In this document: positions 49,490-59,849 of the stretch, piece after piece | How positions within the stretch are numbered: position 1 is the stretch's first letter | Layout: the number at the start of each line of letters is the position of its first letter | The notes under the pieces: model-generated | What the model was told of the DNA's origin: nothing | The model's database searches: none | Seen by the model: only the letters and a program-made list of their open reading frames with translations | Assembly (NCBI GenBank): GCA_036785375.1 | Contig: JAWMAR010000631.1 | Span: 558,001 to 622,000 of the forward strand | Source of the DNA: Leucoraja ocellata | Lineage: Eukaryota | Direction of reading: 5' to 3' | Length of the DNA stretch: 64,000 nt | Made by a program: the position numbers and the translations under genes

Positions 49490-52381
49490 CTAGGTCCATA
49501 TCCCTGCCCTCTCCCCGTAGCCCCTTATCCCCTTGGCAGCTAAAAAAACATCTATTTTAGTCTTAAATATATTTAAAGTTTCTGCTTCCACTGCTTCCTG
49601 GGGCAGTGAATTCCATAAATTAACCACCCTCTGGGTGAAGAAGTTCTTCCTCATCTCAGTTTTAAAAGAGCCCCCCCTTATTCTGCAACTATGTCCCCTA
49701 GTTCTAGTTTCCCCGATCATTGGGAACATCCTCGGTGCATCCACCCGATCAAGGCCCCTCACGATCTTATATGTTTCAATGAGATCGCCTCTCATTCTTC
49801 TAAACTCCAAAGAGTAGAGTTCCAGCCTACTTAACCTTTCCTCATATGTCAATCCCCTCATTGCAGGAATTAATCTTGTAAACCTTCGCTGCACTGCCTC
49901 CAGGGCTAGTACATCCTTTCTTAAGTATGGACCCCAGAACTGTACACAGTATTCCAAATGTGGTCTCACTAATACTGTGTACAGCTGCAGCAAGACCTCC
50001 GTGTTTTTATACTCAATCCCCCTAGCAATAAAGGCCAAAACTCCATTGGCCTTCCTGATTGCTTGCTGCACCTGCATACTAACTTTCAGTGATTCATGTA
50101 CTAATACCCCTAGATCCCTTTGCGTTGCATTACAACGCAGCTCCTCCTCATTTAGAAAATAACTTGCCCTATCATTTTTTTTCCCAAAGTGAATGACTTC
50201 ACATTTATTAGTATTAAATTTCATCTGCCAAGTTGTTGCCCACTCACCTAGCTTATCTATATCCTTTTGCAGACTCTTCCTATCCTCCTCATCCCCTACT
50301 TTTCCTCCCATTTTTGTATCGTCCGCAAATTTTGATATATTACACTTGGTTCCCTCCTCCAAATCATTTATATAAATTGTGAACAACTGGGGTCCCAGCA
50401 CCGACCCTTGCGGAACCCCGCTAGTTACCGGTTGCCATCCCGAGTATGAACCATTTATCCCCACTCTCTGCTTCCTATTTGTTAGCCAATCCTCTACCCA
50501 TGCTAATATATTACCCCCAATCCCATAATTTTTTATTTTTAGCAATAGTCTCTTATGTGGCACCTTGTCAAAAGCCTTTTGGAAGTCCAAGTATACCACA
50601 TCCACCGGTTCCCCTTTATCCACCCGGGTTGTTACTTCCTCAAAGAATTCGAGCAGATTCGTTAAACAGGACTTCCCCTTCACAAAACCATGCTGGTTCT
50701 GTCCGATGAAGTCATGTTTATCCAAGTGCCCCGTTAGTGTTTCTTTAATAATTGTCTCTAACATTTTACCCACCACCGATGTTAGACTAACCGGTCTATA
50801 GTTACCCGCCTTCTGTTTACTTCCTTTTTTAAATATAGGTGTTACATTGGCCATTTTCCAATCCACTGGGACCGTTCCTGCCTCCAGGGAGTTTTGGAAA
50901 ATTATCACCAATGCATCCACAATCCCCACCGCTATCTCCCTCAAGACCCTTGGATGTAATCCATCAGGCCCAGGGGATTTATCCTCCTTCAGTCTCATTA
51001 ATTTCCCTAATACCACCTCCTTGGTGATCTTAATAGTATTTAGCTCCTCCATTCCTACCGCCCCCTGTTTATCCAGCGTTGGAATATTTTTTGTGTCTTC
51101 TATGGTGAAGACTGATACAAAATACTCGTTTAATGCCTTTGCCATTTCCATGTTCCCCACCAACAACTCTCCAGTCTCACCCTCCAATGGACCAACGTTC
51201 ACCTTAGCCACCCTTTTTCTTTTTATATAGCTATAAAAACTCTTACTATTAGTTTTTATGTTGTTCGCTAAATTCCTTTCATAGTCTATTTTCCCCGTCT
51301 TAATTAATCTCTTAGTTATTTTTTGCTGACCTTTAAATGCTTCCCAATCCTCTACCCTCCCACTATCTCTGGCTACCTTATATGCCCTTGCCTTCAGCCG
51401 AATACTATCCTTTATAGTTTTACTGAGCCATGGCTGACTGTTCTTACCCTTACCCCTTTTTTTCTTCATAGGAATAAATTTTTCTTGAAGGTTATACAGT
51501 ATACCCTTAAACGTACACCACTGCTCATGTACCGTCTTATTCTTGAGTCTGCTATCCCAGTCAACTTTGATCAGCTCAGTCCTCATACCTTCATAATCCC
51601 CCTTATTTAGACTAAGCACCCTAGCCTGAGTTTCAACCTGCTCCCCTTCTATTTGAATATGGAATTCAACCATATTGTGGTCACTTGTTCCCAACGAGTC
51701 CCTAACTATGACATTTTTAATTAATCCTGCTTCATTACACAGGACCAGATCCAAGATTGCCTCCCCCCTTGTCGGTTCTGTGACATACTGTTCTAGGAAC
51801 CCGTCTCTAATACATTCTATAAACTCTTCCTCTAGTCTACCATGCCCAGTTTGGTTTGCCCAATTAATATGAAAATTGAAGTCCCCCATGATTACAGCAG
51901 TTCCCTTTTTACATGCGTCAACTATTTGCAGATTTATGTTCTGACTAACAGCGTCACAGCTATTTGGAGGTCTATAAATTACACCCACTAGTGTTTTTTT
52001 CCCCTTATTATTCTCTATCTGTACCCAAGCTGTTTCACTATCCTGATCCTTCAACACAATATCCTTCCTTTCTATTGCCGTTATTCCCTCCCTTATTAAA
52101 AGGGCCACCCCTCCTCCCTTTCTTTCCTGTCTATCTTTCCTAATTGTCGAGTACCCCTCTATATTTAACTCCCAGTCCTGATCCCCTTGCAGCCATGTCT
52201 CCGTAATGGCCACGATATCATAACTATATATACTTAATTGCACCGTTAATTCATTTATCTTATTACGAATACTCCGTGCATTTAGATAAAGCACTTTCAG
52301 ATGATTTTTACTACCCTTCCTTTCCGTTTTTGCCCCTTTTACATCTAAAGCTTTATCTTCACACATTCTGTCTCCTGTCAC
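49490..52381 (-). CDS. CR1 ORF2p: APE endonuclease + reverse transcriptase (963-codon open frame; first in-frame ATG about 52366)
   Basis: YLNARSI, ITETWL, GDFN, SDH; SPGPDG, YRPVSLTS, YLDFQKAFD, PQGSVLGP, FADD; no stops. Confidence 0.96.
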   Translation of the reverse strand: MTGDRMCEDKALDVKGAKTERKGSKNHLKVLYLNARSIRNKINELTVQLSIYSYDIVAITETWLQGDQDWELNIEGYSTIRKDRQERKGGGVALLIREGITAIERKDIVLKDQDSETAWVQIENNKGKKTLVGVIYRPPNSCDAVSQNINLQIVDACKKGTAVIMGDFNFHINWANQTGHGRLEEEFIECIRDGFLEQYVTEPTRGEAILDLVLCNEAGLIKNVIVRDSLGTSDHNMVEFHIQIEGEQVETQARVLSLNKGDYEGMRTELIKVDWDSRLKNKTVHEQWCTFKGILYNLQEKFIPMKKKRGKGKNSQPWLSKTIKDSIRLKARAYKVARDSGRVEDWEAFKGQQKITKRLIKTGKIDYERNLANNIKTNSKSFYSYIKRKRVAKVNVGPLEGETGELLVGNMEMAKALNEYFVSVFTIEDTKNIPTLDKQGAVGMEELNTIKITKEVVLGKLMRLKEDKSPGPDGLHPRVLREIAVGIVDALVIIFQNSLEAGTVPVDWKMANVTPIFKKGSKQKAGNYRPVSLTSVVGKMLETIIKETLTGHLDKHDFIGQNQHGFVKGKSCLTNLLEFFEEVTTRVDKGEPVDVVYLDFQKAFDKVPHKRLLLKIKNYGIGGNILAWVEDWLTNRKQRVGINGSYSGWQPVTSGVPQGSVLGPQLFTIYINDLEEGTKCNISKFADDTKMGGKVGDEEDRKSLQKDIDKLGEWATTWQMKFNTNKCEVIHFGKKNDRASYFLNEEELRCNATQRDLGVLVHESLKVSMQVQQAIRKANGVLAFIARGIEYKNTEVLLQLYTVLVRPHLEYCVQFWGPYLRKDVLALEAVQRRFTRLIPAMRGLTYEERLSRLELYSLEFRRMRGDLIETYKIVRGLDRVDAPRMFPMIGETRTRGHSCRIRGGSFKTEMRKNFFTQRVVNLWNSLPQEAVEAETLNIFKTKIDVFLAAKGIRGYGERAGIWT

Positions 52382-52470
52382 ATTTTGACTTTCCGCTTCC
52401 CCACTGATACCCTGCTCTATTTCCTCTACCCCTGCCGTTATTACCCCCCTTGATACCTCCCCCCCGCTAC

Positions 52471-53424
52471 TTAGTTTAAAGACCTCTCTACTGCCCTAGT
52501 TATATGATTTGCCAGGACCCCAGTCCCAGCACCGTTCAGGTGAAGTCCGTCCTTACAGAACAGATCCCCCCTGTCCCAGTACTGGTGCCAGTGGCCCAAG
52601 AAACCAAACCCATTATTCCCACACCAGTCTTTGAGCCACGCATTTAGCTTCTTAATTTTACGTATCCTCGCCGATTTGGCCCGTGGCTCAGGTAGCAATC
52701 CGGAGATCAGTACCCTCGAGGTTCTGCTTTTTAATTTATTCCCTAACTGCTCAAACTCCTTCAGCAGATCCTCCTTCCTCGTCCTTCCTATGTCATTGGT
52801 CCCCACATGGACCACGACCACTGGATCCTCCCCCTCCCACTGCAAATTTCTCTCCAGCATCGCAGAGATATCCTTAACCCTAGCACCGGGTAGGCAACAC
52901 AGCCTTCGGGACATGTTCTGCTGGCCGCAGAGAACCCTATCTACCCCCCGAATAATACTATCCCCTATCACTACGGCATTTCTTCTAACTCCCCCCTCTT
53001 GAATGGCCTCCTGATCCACGGTGCTGCAGCCAGGTTGCTCATCCCTCCCACAGCCCCTGATCCCGTCCTTACATTGAGTAAGAGCCTCGGTCATGCTCGT
53101 CAGGGACAAGGGCTGTGGCTCCTGCCGCATCTCCTCCTGGTTCCCCCTACCTGCCTCGCTTATGGCCACACCTTCCTTTCCTTGGTCACTGCCTACTGAA
53201 TTAGTTAAACTGGTCGGTGTGACCATCCCCTGGCACAAAACATCCAGGTAATACTCCCCCTCCCTGATGTACCGCAGCGTATGAAGTTGGGTCTCCAGCT
53301 CATCAATGCGGAGCTGGAGTTCCTCTAGCCTCAAACACTTACTGCAGCTGTAGGGATCTTCTACATCAATGGTGTCGACAAATTCCCACATCTCGCAGTA
53401 TTGGCACATCTCCTGACCGCCCAT
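52471..53424 (-). CDS. CR1 ORF1p: CxxC..CxxC zinc-binding motif, leucine-zipper coiled coil, SGNH esterase domain
   Basis: CQYC..CSKC, LEELQLRIDELETQLHTL, then SGNH blocks GDSII, PGA, GTND and DGLHLN. Confidence 0.93.
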   Translation of the reverse strand: MGGQEMCQYCEMWEFVDTIDVEDPYSCSKCLRLEELQLRIDELETQLHTLRYIREGEYYLDVLCQGMVTPTSLTNSVGSDQGKEGVAISEAGRGNQEEMRQEPQPLSLTSMTEALTQCKDGIRGCGRDEQPGCSTVDQEAIQEGGVRRNAVVIGDSIIRGVDRVLCGQQNMSRRLCCLPGARVKDISAMLERNLQWEGEDPVVVVHVGTNDIGRTRKEDLLKEFEQLGNKLKSRTSRVLISGLLPEPRAKSARIRKIKKLNAWLKDWCGNNGFGFLGHWHQYWDRGDLFCKDGLHLNGAGTGVLANHITRAVERSLN

Positions 53425-54480
53425 CTTATATAAGTAATTAACTGGTCCTATTTAAGAATCCCCTACTGTATTGATACACCCCTTATTTATATAATCCTAC
53501 CTCCTATAAATGGGAAAGTACTCACCCCAGCCGTAAATTACCTACTGGGTTGGCTGTCTAGTGGTAATTCCGTCCGCTCTTCCTGTCTGGCCCACTGCTC
53601 CCTTGCAGTGCGTGGCAAACCTCTTTGCCTCTCCCAGAATCCTTAGCCTCTCAAGCGTATTGCGTGGTCTCCTCTCCGAAGACTCTCGAGCCAAAGACTC
53701 ACACTTTTCTCACAGGGCACTTCACTCACTGCCGCTCGCAAAGAGCTGTCCTGCTTAAATTGACTGATAAATTGCCTATTTACCAATTTACACAGCCAAT
53801 TCCTCAGTTTTCAACTGTTTTCACCCCTCTCCTCACACTTGGGCTAGAGCCAATCAGTGGTATCTCTAGCTAATCTGTTTCTGCTGTTGCTCCTCCCAAA
53901 TCTACAGCAGACCAGGAACATCAGGTCCAGTCAAGAAATTCCGGGCATACCCACCTGAACCACGTTTTATGTGTCATGACCCACTCAGAGATCTACATCG
54001 ACACAATAAGGAATACCGAGGGAGAGGAAAAAGCCTTATGGGTCAGCCACAATAAACCTCTTGGTCGGGTGACGAGCTAAACTATCTCTAGTGGCTCAAG
54101 CAGGTACTGGGAGTTGCTGGAGAAAATACTGACGTGTATAAGTCTTATTCCACCAGGACGGCTCCCACGTCAGTGACTAGAGAATGGAAGATCCTATGGA
54201 CCTCATCCTGGCTACTGCAGGTTGGTCCAGGGAGTATACGTTCCAAACAATTTTTAACAAACCACTGACAGAACCTGTATCGTTTGCAGAAAAATAATCT
54301 GCAAAAAATATATAATTTAAGCCCGGGGGAGCAATTGATCTTGTTGTTGTTAATAACACCATTATTGTTTTACAAACAGATTAATGGTTGATTACGATAA
54401 CATACTTCCTCCCTCGAATGACTTCGGCAGTGAGTGAAGTATGAACTGTTACACGGTTTGAAATCACAGAACTTTGAAGT

Positions 54481-54592
54481 CTTCACGTAGTCACTCACGT
54501 GACTCCGAAGTAAAATAGTAAGATTAAACGAGAACTTACCAGTTCGAAGTTTGATCTGTATTTTATGAGGAGTTACGATGAGGGATTACGTG
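54481..54592. other. DIRS internal complementary region (ICR)
   Basis: 54481-54516 is the exact reverse complement of 45395-45430; 54514-54592 is the exact reverse complement of 54741-54819; the two halves overlap by AAT. Confidence 0.95.
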
Positions 54593-54816
54593 CCCTCCGC
54601 TCCCATCCTCATTATATAGATCAAACTAGCAAACTGATGTCTCCTTGTCTTACTATGTTTACTTCAAATAACTGTGTCTATCTGTGATTCCACACCGCTG
54701 CTTTGAAGTATGCCGCGCATGCGTGCTGAGGCGGGTTCTTCACGTAATCCCTCATCGTAACTCCTCATAAAATACAGATCAAACTTCGAACTGGTAAGTT
54801 CTCGTTTAATCTTACT

Positions 54817-55095
54817 ATTAAAGAATGTTCTTTTAGGACGATGAGAAGGAATTTCTTTAGTCAAAGGGTGGTGAATCTGTGGAATTATTTGCCACAGAAG
54901 GCTGTGGAGACAAAGTCAGTGGATATATTTAAGGCAGAGATAGATAGATTCTTGATAGTATGGGTGTCAGAGGTTATAGGGAGAAGGCAGAATGGGGTTA
55001 AGAGGGAGAGATAGAGCAGCCATGATTGAATGGCATAGTAGACGATGGGCCGAATGGCCTAATTCTGCTCATATCACATCTTATGATCTTATGAT
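54817..55095 (+). mobile_element. CR1 3' fragment, right part of the DIRS host
   Basis: ATTAAAGAATG..GGGTGGTGAATCTGTGGAATT..GGGCCGAATGGCCTA and a cttatgatcttatg tail. Confidence 0.88.
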
Positions 55096-55481
55096 CACGG
55101 GGGAATGGAGCCTTTGTCTGCTGATATGTTGTGGGATATATGCAGGATGTGGGTATAGTGCTGACACAAAGTAATTATGTAGTTAGACCATTTGCTGTAC
55201 TGTCAATGGGTTGACAGGATGAAATTTCCAAAGGATGGTTCAACAACACCTCTGTTTGCCTATCTAAAAATTCCTGGCATCTTCAAAATAATATGGGCAA
55301 TATCACTTTAGTTTGGAATATCCAACCAAAAGCAATCTATTGAATCAAAATGTTGTAAAACCTACTTCTGCAAAGATCGTACTGAAGATAAAGGAGCTGG
55401 ATCCATTGGGGATTTCACAAGTTCTGTGTGCCACCAATGTCACCACTGAAAGTGCCAAATGCAGGAAGCAACTTCCTAAAA

Positions 55482-55605
55482 TGTGCAGGAAGGACCTGCA
55501 CATGTTGGTTTATACTGAAGATAGACACAAAGTGCTGGAGAGTCAGACAGCATCTCTGGAGGAAAATAATGGATGACGTTTCAGGTCGGAACTCTTCTTC
55601 AGACT
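55482..55605 (-). repeat. Penelope-derived repeat with a hammerhead-like core
   Basis: Minus strand 55602-55574 reads CTGAAGA-A-GAGTTCCGACCT-GAAAC-GTC-A. Confidence 0.7.
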
Positions 55606-56179
55606 CAATGTCTATCCTAGAATGACTGCTCTTCTAAAACTGGTTGAATTTCACTGGAACCAAGTCTCACAACCAAATTGGACTGTCTGACTTCAGATTA
55701 CACTTCAGATCTGCTAAAGAGATCATGAGGGGAGATCATCATCCAATGAACCTCAACTTCAGGAGGGATCACCATGGTTGTCTAATATTGTTGCTACCAT
55801 TCAGAGCTAATGACTGGCAACAGTTGAAACAGCAAGAATCTTTGTCTCCATGTAATGCTATAATGGTAGACCAGCCTTGCATGCCTTTAGTAGCCACGAG
55901 CAAGATTTTCCCTTGCTCCCACGGATAAATCTTCCCTACCATGGTGCTAAAATCGGTGGCAATTTGTAATTTGGGATTAAGAACTTCATGAAAATAACTT
56001 ACAAAATATTAACCTGTGCTATAAATATTCCGCATCTTAATAATAATATGCATGGAAGGTCTGTATACACTTATCTATTGCAATATATTCCAGAATATAA
56101 ACAGGGTGTTTCCACAGCCACAGGCATCTAAGGCATGTACATCCTTAATACATTTCCCCACAAAAAGTAGTGCATTTTA

Positions 56180-56585
56180 GAGATATCGAAGCATCAAAGC
56201 CCGGACTACGAGGCTGCTAAACAGCTTCCTACCACAGGTTGTGAGGCTGCTAAACAGTCACTCTGCACCCACAGTCACTTGACTTGACTCTGCGGCTGGC
56301 GCGGACACTTTAATACTGGCACTGGCCACTCAAATCAGCGGCCCCGGACATTTTTTATGATTGGTTTATTGTATTTTAACATTGTGTTTTTTTACCTGCT
56401 TTTAACTATTTATACTGTTCCATCAGGGACTGGATTGTTTTTTAGTGTTATTATGTGTGAAGTGTTTTAAATTTCATGTGCGATGCTCCGCTATTCACTG
56501 GGAAACGTCTTTTCATTTTGCACTGTAACAACTGTTGCTTGCAAGATGACAATAAAGGTTGATTGATTGATTGATTGATTGATTT
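56180..56585 (+). mobile_element. Rex1/Babar-type LINE 3' end with (GATT)n tail
   Basis: RYRSIKARTTRLLNSFLPQVVRLLN, then a 3' UTR, TGACAATAAA and (GATT)n. Confidence 0.8.
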
Positions 56586-57564
56586 TGACTGAAAAATGTA
56601 ACAACAAAAAAATTAGTAATTAGATTAAGGGATACCAATCTTTGGGATTATTGCTAACACTTTGTAGAAATGTATTTATATGGGATAGAAGAATATAAAT
56701 ATTTAAGGATACAAATACACAGAAAGGAGAAAAGCAAATTAATCAGGCCATAAAAATATAAATACAATGTTGGGTTAATTTCAAGATTGCTAGAAGTGAA
56801 AGATAGCGAAGTTATGTTTAGTTTCTACCAATACCTTAATTGGACTGCATTGTCACTCTGGGGAAACACTGAACTGCACATTATAAAGCAGATTTAAGAC
56901 CATGCAAAGTAAGCAAACACATCTTTTACAGAATTGTTCCTAAAACTGGCAATGTGCCAATGTGCCAAGAGATTGGACCTCTTTTCTTTGGCAATAGTAA
57001 TTAATAATATGAAAATATTCAATAAAGTAGATTTTAAGAGATGCTGTCACCTTCAACTAGTTGCTCAAAATATGGTAATAGCCACTAACAAACACAGTAA
57101 GAGTTGAAAATAAACGTCTCTACACAGATAGTGAAAAGAATGTTTACTACAGGTACTAGAGGTGAATATTATGCTTGCTAATCTATTTGTGGAAGCTTGA
57201 TGGGTGAAAGGAATACAAGGAAGAGTAAAATCTGAACAAGTGGGGAGCAAGACTAAAACCAGGGGAAACTTGTTGAGCTGAAAGTCCTGCCTCTATGCTG
57301 CAAAGACATAGTTACCAAATTATATGTCCTTATCCTTATTACTTGATGTGGAATAGAGCAAATTGTGTGTGCTTAAACTGATGAAGACTCACAAATATCA
57401 AATGTAAAACTTTTTACAAATAATCAGTTATTGAGGGGGCGGGGACAATACATCACAAATAGCCATAAACTGTTGGCTGTTACGTGCCCTCTACCACGTC
57501 TTAATGATAATAGCATCCTGCAGGTATTGTCCCCGTGAATTATATGATGTTATTGGCTTTGCAT

Positions 57565-57662
57565 AGTAACTCAGCGGGACAGGCAGCATCTCTGTAGAGA
57601 AGGAATGGGTGATGTTTTGGGTATCAACCTGAAACGTCACCCATTCCTTCTCTCCAAAGAGT
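57565..57662. repeat. Penelope-derived palindromic repeat
   Basis: AGAGAAGGAATGGGTGATGTTTTGGG..CCTGAAACGTCACCCATTCCTTCTCT inverted pair. Confidence 0.7.
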
Positions 57663-57797
57663 TGGTTAGTGACTGTTTAAACGTTAAACACAGGAAACTT
57701 GCATTCCTCAATGCCGAGCCAAAGCAGAATGGTAATCTGACATCTGAATATCCCATGTGGGATCCCTGGCAGAATCATCAATTTGGACTCTCTAGGC

Positions 57798-58085
57798 CAG
57801 TGGTTCCCAACCTTTTTTTGGCCATGCCCCACCTAATCACCTCTAAAATCCTGATGCCCCCCTCCCCGTGTGGTGATATATAATTCTTATCATTTAAAAA
57901 GTGAGCTCCGTTTCAGCTGAAGAAGCTTAAAACGGCAATACCTTGGTTTAAACAAGCTTCAAAAGAACATGGCATCCATGAAAAAGACAAATTTGGACCC
58001 AGACCTCCTCAGTCGCGCTCAATTGCCCCCCTTAAAAATCAAATTGCCCCCCTGTGGGGCGTACACCCCACGTTGGGAACCACTG
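57798..58085. mobile_element. hAT (Charlie-like) MITE
   Basis: TIR CAGTGGTTCCCAAC / GTTGGGAACCACTG; perfect 8-bp TSD CTCTAGGC at 57790-57797 and 58086-58093. Confidence 0.93.
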
Positions 58086-58199
58086 CTCTAGGCACAGTTG
58101 GAAGCCTGAATTAAACATTTCCAATGCATCTGGAAAATTGTCTGTTAGCAAGAGGCAGCAGTGGCTGGTTCAGCAGAGTAAGCTTTGCAGGTTCAGCTC

Positions 58200-58433
58200 T
58201 GCGGATGATACGAAAATAGGTGGAGGGGCAGGTAGTCTAGAGAAAGCAGGGAGTCATGCATTTTGGTAGTAGGAATAAAGGCATAGACTATTTTCTAAAT
58301 AGGGAGAGAATCCAGAAATTGGAGGTGCAAAGGGACTTGGGAGTGCTGGTGTAAGATTCCCAATAAGTTAATCTGCAAGTCGAATTGGTAGTAAAGAAAG
58401 CAAACACAATGCTAGCATTTATTTCAAAGGGCT
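58200..58433 (+). mobile_element. CR1 RT fragment (its continuation lies inverted at 59202-59302)
   Basis: ADDTKIGG..QRDLGVLV..VVKKANTMLAFISKG. Confidence 0.85.
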
Positions 58434-59201
58434 CTGGACCCTCGCCAGAGCAAGCACATCTCTCCCTGCACTGGAGACCCGACCTTCTCTCGTCGGGTTT
58501 CCCTTGTCGTTGGGGCCGCAACAAGGAGCGGCCTCCAACAGGGGGAAGCCGGGGACTCAGGTGCTACTCACCGTCGCCGTCGCGGGGTTGGCCGAGTCCG
58601 GAGCGGTTGGAGCGGGTGGAGGAGCGCTGCTGCTGCTGCTGCTGTCGTTGCTGCTGCTGCCGCTGCTGCTGCTGCTTCTGCTGAGTCGGAGGCTGCTGCT
58701 GCGGGTCTGCGGACAGCGGCGCCGGGAGCCCGCGGATCCCTAGAGAGAGACCGCTTTTCGGGGCTCCTGCAACGGCGAATTCTCCCGCCCGAGTTGCGGG
58801 GTCGAAGAGCTCCTGGAGCGGGGCCTAACACCATTGCCCCGCGCGGCTGGAACGGCCGCGGGACTTTACGAGCGCACACCGGAGGCTCCAACACCAAGAC
58901 CCGGTGTGCGACCTCGCACCACCCGGCGTGGCTTTAATGGCCGCGGGACAATCGCCATCGCCAGCCGGGGGCTTTGACTTTGACTCTGACATCGGGGGGG
59001 GAGAGAGTGCAGTGGAGAGATAAGTTTTTTTTGGCCTTCCATCACAGCTATGTGATGGATGTTTATGTAAAATGTAATTATGTTGTGTCTGGGGTCTATT
59101 TGTGTGTAATGTATGGCTGCAGAAACGGCATTTCGTTTGGACCTCTAGGGGTCCAAATGACAATTAAATTGACTCTTGACTCTTGACTCTCTATCTTGAC
59201 T
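58434..59201 (+). mobile_element. GC/CpG-rich non-coding retroposon with (CTG)n tract and (GACTCTT)n tail
   Basis: CpG-rich body; 3' end CATTTCGTTTGGACC..GGTCCAAATGACAATTAAA plus a microsatellite tail resembling Rex1-type LINE ends. Confidence 0.65.
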
Positions 59202-59684
59202 CACATCCTTCCTCAGATCTGGTGCCCAACATTGCTCCCGATACCCCAAATGCGGCCTGACCAGCGACTTATAAAGCCTCAAGATCACATCCCTGTTTTT
59301 GTGGCTTTATGACCTTAGTAACTGCCTCTCTCATACTACTGGTGGGCTGAGAGGGAGGGGTAAGTGCTCAAAATAAACCCACCTGCACATCCTCTTTAAT
59401 ACTTTACAAGTTCTATAGAAATGGAAAGCCAGGTCAAAACATGAGAGGAATTAATCTGGCAGGATTTATCAGCCCTGGACACCCTGACAATGGGGGAGAA
59501 ATCACTGATCCTGGCTGAGGAGTGAGGCACATGGTCAGCAATAAGGCCGATGACAACAAATGGGAAAGAAAGACGTCTTCAAATATGATGAGAATCTGCA
59601 GATTCGGACGGCGTGGGTTTATTTCGAGCACTATCCCTCTCCTACAGTGTTCACCCCCAAACTGTAGCTGGAATTTTATCATAA

Positions 59685-59830
59685 AAGGACACAAAGTGCT
59701 GGAGTAACTCAGCAGATCAGGAAGCATCTTTGAAGAATATGGATAGGTGATGTTTTGGATCGAGACCCTTCTTTTGCACTTTGTGTCCTTTTGTGTATTA
59801 ACCAGCATCAGCTGCTCCTTGTTTCTACAC
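59685..59830. repeat. Penelope-derived repeat
   Basis: GACACAAAGTGCTGGAGTAACTCAGC..GAGACCCTTCTT plus the inverted GCACTTTGTGTC. Confidence 0.65.
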
Positions 59831-59849
59831 CTGTTTCTACATCTGCAAT

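Larger units (their letters stand above)
49151..53903 (-). mobile_element. Full-length CR1 LINE with intact ORF1 and ORF2
   Basis: 5' UTR about 53425-53903, ORF1, ORF2, about 340-nt 3' UTR and (TTTCTATG)n tail at 49151-49178; inserted in the DIRS YR coding remnant. Confidence 0.97.
45395..54819 (+). mobile_element. DIRS1-type tyrosine-recombinase retrotransposon (internally decayed), containing a full-length CR1
   Basis: Inverted repeat 45422-45458 / 54710-54746. ICR 54481-54592 is complementary to both ends. ATT at both junctions. Remnants of RT (INPEDAYYSVP, about 47533), RNase H (NNITVVAY, about 48196) and YR (KQ|SRPG, AYPPEP, YSTR, AGWS..TF). Confidence 0.93.

Noticed and set aside
52471-53424. 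SGNH esterase as a host or horizontally acquired enzyme gene
   Set aside because: It is ORF1 of the CR1 element; esterase-type ORF1s are already known in this clade.
58385-58897. Poly-Cys/poly-Leu/poly-Ala ORFs
   Set aside because: They are readings of the (CTG)n tract in a GC-rich repeat, fused to a CR1 fragment.
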